A stretch of 64,000 nt of DNA, taken from the NCBI GenBank assembly GCA_965235115.1, contig OZ249447.1, forward strand, positions 5,828,001 to 5,892,000, given 5' to 3'. Below are positions 13,160 to 26,800 of the stretch, one piece after another (positions within the stretch are counted from its first letter, which is position 1; every line of letters starts with the position of its first letter). The translations under genes and the position numbers were made by a program. The stretch is from Laetmonice hystrix. Taxonomy: Eukaryota. The notes beneath the pieces were generated by a model. The model made no database searches. It saw only the letters and a list, made by a program, of their open reading frames with translations, and was not told the DNA's origin.

Positions 13160-13568
13160 TGGCAGGCTCAGACAGAGCGATGCAACGCGATTCCTTGCAA
13201 TGGCAACAGTCGCAAGGAATCGCAAGTTGCACACGACTGAAAGACGGGGGAGCTCACACAGAGCAACGCGACCCCCTGCTACTACAGTGATCCTGTTACG
13301 TCACAATGAGCTTGTGACGTTGTAATCGTCAAGCGAACTATAAATGATTGTCTCTTATTGGTTATTACCACTAGCAACAGTCCAGTCGCGTTGGTAGCCC
13401 GCTCAGACAAAGCAACCAGTTGCGACCAGTCGCCAAATATTAAACATGTTTAATGTCTTGCGACGCAACTGCAACTGGCCAAAATCGCGTTGCAAGGTAG
13501 CTCAGACAGCCCGATGCGACGATAGAGTTGCGTCGCAAGCATTCGCGTCGCTCTGTCTAAGCCCGCCA
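13160..13568. mobile_element. MITE, PIF/Harbinger (Tourist)-like
   Basis: Imperfect terminal inverted repeats (tggcaggctcagacagagcgatgc / gcgtcgctctgtctaagcccgcca) flanked by TTA on both sides (13157-13159 and 13569-13571). Internal reuse of the gctcagaca motif. No coding capacity. Confidence 0.75.
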
Positions 13569-14922
13569 TTAGTCTATATTTCATTGGAGGTTTCGTGTTG
13601 CACTTGGCCACACAACGTTTGAAATAGTAATTAAAGGGGGGGGGGTACTAGAATAATTCAAATGGAGAAAAGCCCTTGGAGAAAAATGGTTATGGGGTAC
13701 ATGTCTATATCGATGGACAATCTATGAAAAATATCAACGGGTGAAAATTGGATTCAGATTATACGACAGAATTAGGGAACAGAACCGATTCCCAAGTGAC
13801 ATTTTTCCCCTCAAGTGACAGAATATGAAGAATTTAAAAAAACATACGTCAGGTTACCAACTTATTCTCTCCATTTAATCAAAGAAAATGTCTCCTAGTT
13901 AAATACACCTTCTAGGTGACAATCACGAGTTGACATCAGCAGTGCCACACATGATTAGAGCACATTAATTTGTGTATGAAAGCACAGGGTATAACTAAAC
14001 TTTGAAAGTATCAAATCATTATTGACAATGGAATGTATAGCATAATAACATCTAAACAGAACAAACAAAAAGCATCAGCCACCACTGGGGTTCATCTTCT
14101 AAACGTTTCATCCTTTTAAAGCTATTTTTTTCAAACTTTCAGAAAGCTGACAAGGAAATAACATAAACATTTCAAAAACCCTTGCATCAGAAAACAACAG
14201 ATTATGAGAATGAAAGATAAATCAGTTGGGTTTAAAATGTCATAAATTAATAATAAACCTCCCAGTATAGCTCATTAGCTGTACGCCTTTGATGCTATAA
14301 ATCACCAGGTTTTCACCACTGACAACAGGGAGAGTCAAAAGACTGACCCAGTAATGTACATCACCCACAGTTCACACCTTTGTATACATTAACATACATA
14401 AATAATTCTATGAAAGACTTCCATATATTACCAGTACCGAATACGGTACTTCAACCACCTTCTTCTCTAGGAAAATTACCCCTGACTACATACAACATCA
14501 CCAAAACATCGTTCCTACAAGATAAAGCCACCAAGTAACGGTCTATTCCATCCTCTTTTTTTTCTTTTCTGTTACTGGCAGATTTTTATACTAGAACTCT
14601 TATCTTTGTAAGCTGTAAACTGCATCAGATGAACTACTTTGAAGACAAAGGGAGATATTTTTATGATCTGGGACTTTCTTCCATGGGTTGCTGTTCTCGG
14701 GGTATTGTAAAATTTCATGACATTCCTATCCCCTTTCTATGACTTTAAGCCCTGATTGCAAAGGCTCTGAAATAGCTGTAAAGCTGACAGAATTGTTGAG
14801 AACGACAGAGACAGACTAAATGCAGTCTGTGAAATTTGGTGTCGATTTCCAGGATTTTCATGACCCTTACAAACTGTACCTTCATCTTGCAAAATACACA
14901 GCCTTAGCACAGCCTTGGTTCT

Positions 14923-17900
14923 CTACGGCCCAGTCTGTGAGTCTGGGTTGAGACGTTGCTCTAGCAGAGTTGCCCGCATGGCCGCGGCTGTGCCCAGTGC
15001 TGAGATAACGACCATGAAGAGAAGGATGCTTGGCCAGCCACTGATCTCAAGGATGAGGCCAACCACAGGACCTTGAACCACACTGCCAAGGCTTCCAAAT
15101 CCTGAAACACATCAATGTCACTCATATCAACACAGCATACTGATTTTATTTTTTTCATCCTAGAAAACGTTAAGACCTAGAGTTCTGAGCCTGTGTTACA
15201 TGTTGACCTGAATGCTGTATTTCTTATTCAATAAACTGTCGAACACTCACCATTCACTAAACCGGTCACTGCAGCAGCTGCATTCCTCCCACCTCTGTTC
15301 CCCAGGTCAGCCGTTACCATGGAAACTGCATGACAACAGAAAAATAAGGCTGGCATTTCGATCTACTAACGTCCCAGAATGTTTTACCAAGTATGTATTT
15401 GGAACATGTGGCTTTCCTATATTAAAGGTTCCATAATTTTGATTTTTTGGTTGCCTGTTTCGATTATAAATTTCTGGGATCAGATGGCCCAGACAGTGGC
15501 TGTTATACATTTTGTTGAGGGTCATTACTAACCCAGTATGGTGTCTGGGCCACAGTTGAAGGCGCCAGCTATGAAAAGTAAGACTGAGTTAACAGTCACC
15601 CCCCAGCTGGCAGTCACTGCAAACAGGGCAAGAGCCACTGTACTGATGAAGATGGCTACCATAGATCCACGCAGTGCCCGACCAGCGAACAGTCTAAAAC
15701 CACAACAATACAGGAGGCATTCTACAGTACAACTTGGACACATACATATACCAACTATAGATCATGCAAAATATATCCAATGTATGTCCATTTAACAACA
15801 GCAATAAAACAAATATCCTTGACAAATATAACAAACAATCCAGTTTTAAACATTAAGCCTTATATCGTGCTATGAAACAAGGCTGAGGATGTGAACAACC
15901 ATGCAAGCTAAAACAACAGATCAAGAAACAAAGAATTCAATGTAAAAGTTGAATACTGACTTGTCAATGAAGAGACCTATCAGAGCACTTCCAGCCACCC
16001 CACCAACATCAAACATCGTAGAGAACATGCCAGCTTGTGTCTTAGAATATTTCAACTGTAATCAGATATTGTTGGTCTACACATACTGATACTAAAATAT
16101 ATAATACATTTACAGGTCAATATGCTTCTGGGTATTGTTTAATTTATAAAGTGGCAATAACATAAGTATAGATATATCTATGTTCATTTTTCTACCACAA
16201 GGTGGCAGCACAAGAATTAGTGCTTGCCAATATGACCACTACTGTATGGAAATTACATTGATTATGAGTGAAATTGAAATATTATTTACAGTAGGTCTGT
16301 CTTTAATATTTATGTAATACAGTAAAAAATAAGCATAAGCTGCAACGTGATCTTGTTTACTTACGTGCTGAAAGAGGTAGAGAGGCAGCCAGCCATAGAA
16401 AGCATAACGGACTAACTTGATACAAAACGCTGCCACAGATACCTCTGGGACCAAGCTGTTCAACATGTGAAATAAACAAATAATGGATAATCACAATGTA
16501 CACAGCCATTTCCAGCATTTATTTGTCATCACTTTAACAGACACCTTTGTTCTTCTAAACTCAAGATAATTTGCCTTGCAGACAAAAGGGTTACTGATTT
16601 GTGAGTATATGTCATCAAATAGATTCCACACAAAAAATGTCAATTTTACAAGGCCGTACATACTAAGACAAAAGTGATACAGATAGACAAATAAAAGGAT
16701 GTCATGTCTTTATGGAATGTGGCAATACAATGTTGATATAAACATTTGGTAGTCAATCTCACAATCTCACCTGATTGACCAGAGACTCATCCATCCCTGC
16801 GATGGCTGCTTTACTGTTGTCATCTTCCCTGGGGAGCCTTCCTTGTCTTGAAATGGACAACAAAAACTAGGTCAGGTCTAACTTGGGCAAGAAAGTCTTC
16901 AGAATATCCAAAGTAACTTGATGTTACAGTATTCCCCTAAAATTCCCCTTTTTATTCTAGATGGCGAATGGGGGAAAGTTTGGGACATTTCAAGGAAAAT
17001 AAAATATTAATCAATAACATTTCTGGGTAATATTTCCATTTCTCTAAATCAAGCCTTGCGAAGCCCTGGCTCAGAGTCTGTCAAAATCAGTTTTATCCAA
17101 TAAATTGAGTGAATAATACTTCACCTAGGCATTTAAGGTGGTCTCAAGATATTCTGCTGATGATGGACACATTCTTGAGAAAAAAGTGAAAATATTACTT
17201 TGTGCCATTTATTCCTAACTTACTGCTTTAACATACCTGTTTCTTCCATTTCCGTAGACATAGTATTTATTGAGACTGCCTTTGGAGGTTCATGGTAAGT
17301 CAAAAATATGAGTCCTCCCAGTAAGCCCTGTAATAAATATGAATAAATATTCATTAATATTCATTAAAATGTTACTGAATTCAAACATTCAAAAATTCTT
17401 AATATCCCTACAACCATGCCGACAATAACATCACAGAACTACAGACCACATACCAAAATTTGAATATTGTTAGAGCACCCACCACGATCATTGAGGGGAA
17501 GAAAAAAACATGGCGCCAGCCATACTGATCCTGCAGAAACACCTGAAATTGATGGCATAAATTATGAGGCACAACTTCTTTTATCTTTCTTATAATGGAC
17601 AGAAAACATCACCATCTATATATCTGAAATAATAATTAGGAAAATCCCGCAATAAAATAATCAATCTTACCACTAACGCTGTTCCTCCAACCCCTCCAAC
17701 GAAGGCAGATGTTCCAAACACACCAAACACCGAGCTACGATTTCCTGACGTGAACCAACTCGACAATATCTTGGTCGCATTTGGCCAGCAGATGGACTGG
17801 AAAATATTAGGGTCATCAATAAAAGACAGCACAGACAGGGTAGCCCTTAAATTTGCATGTACATGTAGTTCTTTCATGAAAGAAATGGCTTAAAGATAAC

Positions 17901-19592
17901 TTATTTGACATTTATAAAATTTTTTCAAGATGCATTATAATATATTTTTACATTATTATATCATAAAATAAGAGTAAAGAAGAGATAATTTTTCAAAGAA
18001 CAATGCATCAAAGAGCAGACTTTTTTCATACCTGACAAGCTCCATTTAAGAAAAGCAGGATCAGCATTACTGAATAGTTTGACCACCATCCAAAGGACAC
18101 CTGTCAAACCATGAGAAACAGCTAACCATGAGGCAGATAATTAAAAACCTGTGGAACCCACTATGGTACCAAGTACAGAATTATTCATATCCAGTTTTTC
18201 TTGCATTTAAAAAAAAATTATGGGCACCAGTCCAATAAAGAGCGACAACTGGTAAGAAGGTTGGAGCACTAATTTTATTATTCTAACTGTTTGTGTGCTG
18301 AAATAGTTGCCACTTAATGTACTAATGAAACATTTACCATAACAGCACAATCTGCAATGAGGCAGATGCCAAATGTGAATCCAGCACCAAGCCGATCTCC
18401 TAATGACCCCAGCAACATCTGGAAATGTACTCATTAACATAATTATCGGTACAATTGAGTGAACATTTTCCATTACCAAGATGTCCATTCCATAAACATA
18501 GATTCTGTTATCTTTACATCAAATTCCATTGTCGTCTGGTTTCCCACAGAATATCAAGACTCCTCTCACCAAACTTTGCACAATGAGAGCAAGGGCCCCT
18601 GGTTATACTGGGAAATGTAAATACCGGTATCATAACTACATGACAGAACAGCATTCAAAATCTGGAGCTTCATAACCTGGGTTTGCTAATCAGTGGAAGA
18701 ACTGTAATTAAAAAGTTAAGAACTGACACTCACGAAGACACGGAGTGAAGCATGATTACACAATGAAGCACCAACGGTACTTAACTGCTCAGAAACCTGA
18801 GCAGGAGTGCAATTGAGAAAAAAAAATACCTGAAAGAGTGCATATGGTAGAATGAGTGCAGTGTCCATCCAGCCCAGCTGAGTTGAACTGAAGGACAGTT
18901 CTGCCTGCATGTCAGACTTCACCTGAAACAACAAGAAACAATGTCAGTTTCCAATAATTTGATGATATAGCTTCCTCCATTGTTAAACTAACACTAACCC
19001 TAGCCTTAACCCTCAACCAAACATGTTACCATTACCATTTACCAGGATCAAGTCTGCAGGATTCAGGCGCGGATCCAGGGGGGGGGGGGGTCCAGGGGGT
19101 CCGGACCCCCCCCCCCCCCCTGCTCAGGACCAACTTAGGTTTTTGCTATGTTATCAGTGAAGGGCCCCAGAGTATTGCCCCCCTCCCCCGCAGCTCGCAT
19201 CTTTCGGACCCCCCCCCCCCCTGCAAAAATTCCTGGATTCGCGCCTGGGATTTCACCTTTTTTTTGGGGGGGGGGGGGGAGGGACTGCCTAGGGGAGGCT
19301 CTTAAAAAAACATGCCTGGGGAGGCTTTCTTGAAAAAAAAAATGCCAGAAACCTTTTTTCAGGGAGCAGGGTAGGTGTCTCGAGATCCCTGCCGACCCTG
19401 GCCTAACTGCCCTGAATCATGAGTAATGTCGATGTCTTCCCTTTATTCCAACCTTTCGTGCACTAAAGCTCTCATACTCACAACTCCAAGAGGTTTGCGG
19501 AGCAGGTAGGTTGATCCATAACCAACCCACCCAAGCACAAAGATATACACATGGCGGGCAGTACACCCGGCGCACCCCGGCAGGACGGCCAT
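14923..19592 (-). CDS. MFS organophosphate:phosphate antiporter-family transporter (SLC37/GlpT/UhpT-like), 435 aa, 13 exons: 19482-19592, 18830-18922, 18338-18418, 18032-18100, 17671-17796, 17483-17542, 17237-17327, 16771-16846, 16365-16455, 15961-16055, 15533-15693, 15251-15325, 14923-15101
   Basis: All introns are GT-AG and phase-consistent; exon lengths sum to 1308 nt. Family motifs: YLLRKP (TM1 Arg), GSLGDRLG (MFS motif A), QSICWP, GW(R/P) loops, KLVRYAFYGWLP (TM7 Arg), FDVGGVAGS, GLVNGFGSLG. Confidence 0.92.
19064..19247. mobile_element. Short non-autonomous TIR element with poly-G/poly-C interior, in intron 1 of the transporter
   Basis: 16-bp TIRs caggcgcggatccagg / cctggattcgcgcctg (1 mismatch), with GGATT duplicated on both flanks (19059-19063 and 19248-19252). 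Confidence 0.75.
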
Positions 19593-20823
19593 CGTTCCCC
19601 GGGAAACGCTCCGTTCAGGCACGGGGGCGTGGGTCGGGAATGGGCGTAGTGCTGACCGGCTGGACGTCGAAGAACGCTCAAACAAATAACTTGTTCTGGC
19701 AGCTCTAATCAACAATAGGACCACGATGAACACATCAAACTGGTTGGTGCGTGCAGTGCGATGTTCGATCTGGGCTGTAATACAAATGCACAGTTTAATC
19801 CCCGCTCTTGCCGTCTTGGTGCAACTCGTCTTTTATTGACATTGCCACATGCGAGAATCACCGGAAAAAGAAAACGCCCTCTGTTGTGAAATAAACTAAT
19901 ATTATCACGGCGCCATCTTGCGACAACCCCTGAGATTATCCAGAACGTTCAGCAGTGCATACACAGTCAGTACAGTGGTCAAGAATGGTCCAGTGCTGTT
20001 CCATTCTTGCCGTCGTGACTATAACTTTATTTAGCATTAGATGGACAAGATATTTTTGATTGTGGAAATATTATGAATTTATATGATTGAATAAAGTCAA
20101 GTCTAAGTTTAGACTAGTCTAAGCATATCAATAATATTCAGAGCCAGAGGATCACATTTGATTTTTTTTTACGAGAGCTAGATATCGGAAGCTCTCCTGG
20201 GACAGCTTAGCCTGGCCCTAGGCCTAGGCGTAGGAGAGCTAATCACTCTCCTAAATTACTAAAACTTAGTCATGTGACATATATATTACTAATAAATATT
20301 GAATATGGACGATTAGATGATATCTAGCCTCAATGCACAGTCATTAACCACCACTTTTTTTTATGTGCGATTATATTAATAATGGTTTGGTGTTGTTAGA
20401 ATTCAAATGTGGGCCAATAACAAATCATGGTTATGGTAGGCTAGCTATGGTAGGCATGCACTGAGTCTGATCATCACTGATGCAGTGCCAGTGAAGTCTG
20501 AACTGAAGTCTGAAGACTGAACATTTTGTCGTCCGGCCCGCCTACTCAATTCTGTACGCGCATGTCAACGAAAGCTGGGCGTCCTGTAAAGAGGAGACCT
20601 TCGTAGCTCTACAGCACGAACAAGTATAGATCCAATAATACGTGTGCCAGTAATATACGTATAAAATTTCGTTTCAAATATGTCTAGATCCTTCTGAAAG
20701 GAGTAGCCCCGGTTTGTTTACATCGCCATGTTGCTGTCATGTGACCGCGCACCTGCGGCAGTCTGTAACGAGAGTCCGCGATATTAAATCAATCAATCAC
20801 GTGACCTGAAATAAGTAGGTAAT
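19593..20823. promoter_or_regulatory. Divergent (head-to-head) promoter region between the transporter and RAF
   Basis: ATGs are 1.23 kb apart and face outward. CpG-rich. YY1-like motifs at 19910-19920, 20724-20733 and over the RAF ATG (20821-20830). E-box TCACGTGAC at 20797-20805. Confidence 0.7.
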
Positions 20824-23800
20824 ATGGCGGCCGTGGAACAACCTGCAAGTTCTATGAACGGTGACATCAAATTTACGATAGTGCCCGATGTAAACTCTGA
20901 TGACACGTACGAACCCGCTACCCTGCAAGATGAGGTAATAATCTACGTTTTTGCTCAGTTGTTCTATTCGCACACGCTAGGAAAGTGCTAATTTGATCCA
21001 CACTTGCCTTGTTTATCTACGATATCTCGAAAGGCTTTTCTTAGATGGCATGGGCATGATGGGGGGAAAAACCTGTCTAGATGTCTGGAGGGGTTGATGT
21101 GTTGTAAACGAACGCGGAAACACATGCTGATTTTGTCTATCAAAGTTCTAGTTATCAGTTATTAGGTGTTTCATCTGTGTTGCGCAAGATGTCGACTTAA
21201 ACATAGGGACGTAGACAGTCACCCCCCGACGGTCACCGCCACAGGCACAGTCACACTGTGAGAGTGTGACTGAGACTGTGACAGTGTGAGTGTGACAGGC
21301 ACCCCCGCAAACTCACAAATCTAAGTCAGTGTAGTACTAATAGTAACTGTAAGCTGCAAACTCAATTGGGTAAGATTCGCAGGCCATGGCTGCTAAAACT
21401 ATCCCAGTCTAAGCCTAGCCAAAGTTAGTCCGAGAAGCTCTGACCCTCTCCCAGGGCCAGGGTCAGAGTGCAGTCCTGGCCATAGGCATAACGTCACAGG
21501 ACCCTAATTCGCCGGCTACCCTAATTCGCCATGACGTAGCTTTTTCTGCAAATACTTGTCGCGTGTTGTAAAAAATATTTAGATATAACATTCTACATAA
21601 AACAAACACATAGCTGAGATGTGCGAGGATCCATGATATCATTTTGGAAGGGGTAAGACTTGGAAAAGGGGGTACAACAGTCCATTCAGGAAACTATGTG
21701 GAAAGTAAAATTTCAAGGGGGCCTGAGACCTGCTAGGTGTGCCCCTGCTTTCAGTTTCAGCCACCCAGTCCACCCCTATGCCCTTGATCACCCCAATACC
21801 CCTGTCCCATCCCCTTATATATTACCTGGTGCCAGAGTACCAAAATGCAAAAAAATTAAAATTGAAAATTAACCATTTTTTTAAAACCTATGTCGAGGGG
21901 GGGGGGTTAATTAGTGTAATTAAAATGGCGAATTAGGGTACTGATCTTGCCAATTGGAGTAACCCTGACTGGAATAATAACCCCTCCCTGGGATCCCCCC
22001 AGTAGGGGGTGGAATAACTTAGTTTTCCAATGAAACATCCCGGCAGATGGACAGCTTGTTTGAAACAGTTGCTTTACATCATGACTTAAATAATTGTTCA
22101 ATTATGAGTAAATATATCGTTTTTGGTGGCGAATTAGGGTCCTGTGACGTTAGAGAAATTTTCGGTGCTTCTCATGCAAATAAAACTGGGTGTCTTTTGC
22201 CTAAACTTTGCTCGTCCACTTCGCCACCATAAAGTAATAGCAATAAGCGTACATTGAGTAAACCCCTACTTTAACAGATATATGGTCAATGGAATATTTG
22301 AAATAGTGGTTAACTTAACACAATAGCCCATCCGCCATTGGAGCTAGGTTGGAGAGGTCGCTGCGTGGGGGCAGCAGGCAGTAAAACTAATTTTCAATTT
22401 GCTATGTACATCGTGTGTTTCATTCTCAATTGCTCAAAACATGTCATCATCTAATGAAATATCTTTATTGTTTGACCATGTGCATTTGAAGGTTTGGCAC
22501 GGCCATGTGTCGCTCTAATTAATAATTCAAAGGGCATTATTTGCAAGTATAACTGCCTCATAGAGGTTTACAAGTGAAGTTGACTCGACCAAAGTAAAAT
22601 AGGGAAATTTCACTCTGGCCCTCGGAGATGGTCAAAGCTTCTCGGACTAAGCCAAAGTCACACCGAGGTAGACAATGTAGGGAAGTTTATGCTCGGGTCT
22701 TCTGCCAGGTACCGCTAATTCTAAACATAGCCTAACCCTTCCCAAAAGCAACTTGACATATTGCCAGGTATCACAATGCTTGTGTAGTGACTAGTGGTCG
22801 GATTTGTTGTGATTTTCCCCCTCGATTAATCGCCAAAATTCACGAGAGATTTAAAATCGATTATATCCGAGCTTTAAATAATGGAGCAATTTGGATACTT
22901 TTTTTCTTGAAAAATTCTATACTTTTTTTGGTCTAACCCAGAGTGGCAGCACAGAGTGTCTCGGAACAAAAACACGTGAGATAAGGCAGGAATTTTATTT
23001 ATAACATAATGGGGGATCGCTAAGCATTTTCAAATGCTTTTTACCCTTTGTAAAACATGCGATATTCTGTATTCTGTACAGCAAGGTCTAGCGTTGGTGT
23101 TTCTATACTGTAAATCAGCTTGGCTTCTCCAAGCTCGGCAATCAGAAAGCCAGCTCGAGTGCTCGACAATCGTTCCAACCCGAACAAGTCCTCGAGCTTC
23201 CAATTAAACGTCCGACCACTAGGTTTTAAGGGGGGACGCGCGTGAAGAATACCAGTCAGGGCCTCTGGATATGGATTTTGAATTTGAGTTATGTATTATC
23301 ATGTCCAGTAACATGTTAGAAACCTTTCTGCCAAAGCACTTTCCTTACTTACAGGGATAAGGACTAGAGTTAGTATAAAACTTAGTCTTAAAGGCAACTG
23401 AAGTCTGAAGCCAGTATTAGCATATAGGCTTACTGTGATTAAGACTGATTTTTAAAAAAGCTTACTCAAATAAACTAACAGGCTTCTGATTGGCTGGTTT
23501 GCTAATAAGACCAGCCAATCAGATGCCTGTTAGTTTACTGAAGTAAGCTTTACTCAAGTTAAGAATTTTGGAAAGACTTGACCCTGGTCTCATGTATTAG
23601 ATAGCTGTGAAGACTGAATGACAACTGAAAGCTGGAGATGTGCGGAGAACCTCTTATCACCTCGGCACTTATTTGCCATAATCCCTGAAGTAGAAGCATA
23701 CACACGTGAAAAGGTCGTGAAGTTGTACTGACGGTCCCCTGGAAGACTTAGTCTTAGCATCCCCTGCCACAAACTTGCAGTCACAGCTACAGCAGCCACA

Positions 23801-26800
23801 AGCAGCTGTGCAACCTTTTACACCTGTGATGTAAGAATTCTATTTGTGGCAATGTAGGAGAAAGGAAGTTTGTGTAAACATTCCACCAAGTCACCATGAC
23901 ACATTATTTTGGCTGAATTGTCATGTGTATAGTTGGCTTTAGATTCTAGTGCTGGGACAATCCATCTATACAATTGTGTACATGTATTCCGATTTATGGT
24001 TCAAAAACTGTGAATACAATATGTATTGATAAGCTAGTATTCTTTATTTGTTATCAAAAAGGCCTTTGTCAAGGATAACCAAATATTGTGTGAGAACAAC
24101 TACATTTTGATGTATGGCTTATACTGGAAGATCTAGTTCCATAATTCTATATGCTGAACTCATAAATTATTGTAGCTGCATCATTTCATGAACCTTTGCA
24201 TATTTTGTACCTTATTTCCTTCCTACAATTTTTGAATGCATAAGACCCCAAGGTATATACTGAAAGGCTTGGTCATGGTATGACGTTGGTAAATACAGCA
24301 TTGAAATCCCAATAATCTGGTCAGCCACCATGATTGTTTGATTTTTAATTGATGATGAAATAATACTGTGGTGGGCCATGCACTCGTCCACTGGCTGTAG
24401 AATGTGTTATCATGGATAATTTACTGGTTTAGTGGTTGCCGTTTGTCATCAATTGATATTACCTGCCATTGCTTGCCCATTATTATCAAAGCTTGTAATG
24501 CAACACTTCTATGTTCCAATACCACTATTTGGGTCACTGTTTCTGTATTTCTGACATCTAAAGCATTAAAGGTTCAAAGCTGTACACAGGCTTAAAAAGT
24601 GATTTTGGCGTAAAGAAAAAACAAAATAAAACTTGCAGTGGCGATAGGTTTGCAGTGGAGAATCTCAAGAAAAAGTGAAGTAATAAATGTATGTTTATTA
24701 TATCATGTTTTAGGGGTTCTAAACACAAATACCGTATATGTCCCTTTAGCCGTGCGTGTGCAGAAAAGCAGTGCGCGGCAATAGTGAGGTTGCGTCGGAA
24801 GCTTACAAAATTTTACACTAGGTGGCGCATCGAATACGGGTTTCCGGCACAGCTTGTTTGAAAAAATGCGGGGGTGCGCGGCAAATAGGTAGTCCGCGGC
24901 TAAAGGGACATATACGGTATCTGTTTGACACTGATACAGACAGCACAAAGGAAGCTATGACGTTTGATCCTGGTCAGGCCATACCAGTGTGTGAGCCACT
25001 CAGATCTGGTATTTCTACAAGGTATCATGCCAGTGGGATCCACAGTTAAATGTAACATGGTAATTGAGATGGGTACCGTAAAATATACCAGAATAATAAC
25101 CCTGAGTTCACTCTGTTACATAAGATCAAGTTACAGTAAAGCTGAAGCCGGTTGGTTTATGTGCATCCAGTCTTGAAAGAGACCTTGTTTTGGTACTGAA
25201 TTGAACAGTGATTACCAAAAACGTCCTCAGTTTGTTACAATTGGATCAATTCAATGATACTTGGTGACAATGTGACAAATACATGCCTTGTTATAGCAAA
25301 GAAAAGTTATATTCCAATACATGTGGTTATATCGGAGGGATAAGGGAGAGGGACATTTTGTATGAAACACTATGAATTTGACCTTTCATAGGTTTTCTCT
25401 TAAATCAATTAATATCCATATTCGAGCCCGATTTCTACAAGTTTAGTGAGCCTGTGGTTTAGTGAAACTAAATGCATCTAGTTGTGAGCATGTAAAGATT
25501 TCAATGAAGATAGGGTGTGATTGGCCAGAGATAAGATATGTCAGCATGTTGCTAAAGATGTTACATATGACTTGCTCCACTTAAAGTTGGTGCTTGTTCA
25601 TTATAATGGCTGGATTCATTCAACATGGAAGATATGGCATAAATGTGCAGGGTAACCATACTGAATAAAGAATTCCAAAAAGAATCTATTGATCAGCACT
25701 GACGTGGAATAGATAATCAGATCATTACAGAACTTTAAAAAATTACCTTTTAATTCTCATTAGCATGTGCCAAACTTTTCTCAAAATAATAGAACCTTTC
25801 TTGTTTTAATTTCTGGAAAGATGTAACCACGTTTCACTGATGTCAAGTATTGTTGAGTACATTTAAAAAGTTTGATGTTCAATGTTTTATGTCTTTTTAA
25901 AACTGAAATCCAAGATAAGTGTTATGAGCAAAGGTGAGTATGAAGAAGGGATGGGCAGCGTAATTGTGGTGCTTGCTTAGAAAGAAGTCTTATTAGGGGG
26001 CCTTAAAAAACAATTTTTTGGTTTTAGTTTTTACTTGGAAATTATTATAGCCTACTTTCAAACTTGAGGGTACAATGTTTACAAACTATACATATTCACT
26101 CAAATTACAGCTGAAATGACCATACTTCCACAGAGCTATAGAGAATGCACAGTTATTGCAGAAAACATTAAAATATTGCAGTCTGAAAGTTAATTAAACA
26201 AAAGAAATTGACGAAGGAAGGTTTGGTCATTAAGTTTCAGCTTTACTATATGAGCGTTTAAAAGTGTCTAATCAGCCATAGCAATATTAATGGTGCCTCA
26301 ATGGATTACTGGTAATTAGGCATTTTAACTGCTTTCTGCCTACCTAACAGGTGAAACTTTGAATTCTGCCATTAGAGGTGAAAAAATCATGGTCAGGGAA
26401 ACGACTATTTGTAGATTATGGAATTTGTCAACAGCTGTACTTTTAATATCGTAAGATGGTAAATAGTTATCACACTTTTTTATGTTCCATGAATTTCGGC
26501 AAGACTTAGGATTAGCTGGACTGATTTTGAGAAAAAGACTACAGAGCTCAAATTGTAGCTGTCGATACTCTTCACTCTCAATGCATGTGCCTCCTTACTC
26601 CTAATCCGTGGGATCTATAGTACATGTACTGAAAACCAAGGGCATACTCTGGTTGGTGCTTTGAGCAATAAAAGAAGTACATTTCAATTTATATTGACAG
26701 ATGTAAAGCTGGCAAAAATAATGGTCCACTCAATCCTTTCCAGTAAAGATGTAGAAATTTCCGGACTTGCAAAATTGTATAATGCTGCTTAAAAGTTGTG

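Noticed and set aside
15313-15326. X-box GTTACCATGGAAAC as a regulatory site
   Set aside because: It lies almost wholly in a coding exon of the transporter and is explained by codons (SMVT).
19593-19733. 47-aa N-terminal extension of the transporter in the ORF track
   Set aside because: It starts at GTG, not ATG. The first ATG (19592) sits just before predicted TM1, as expected.
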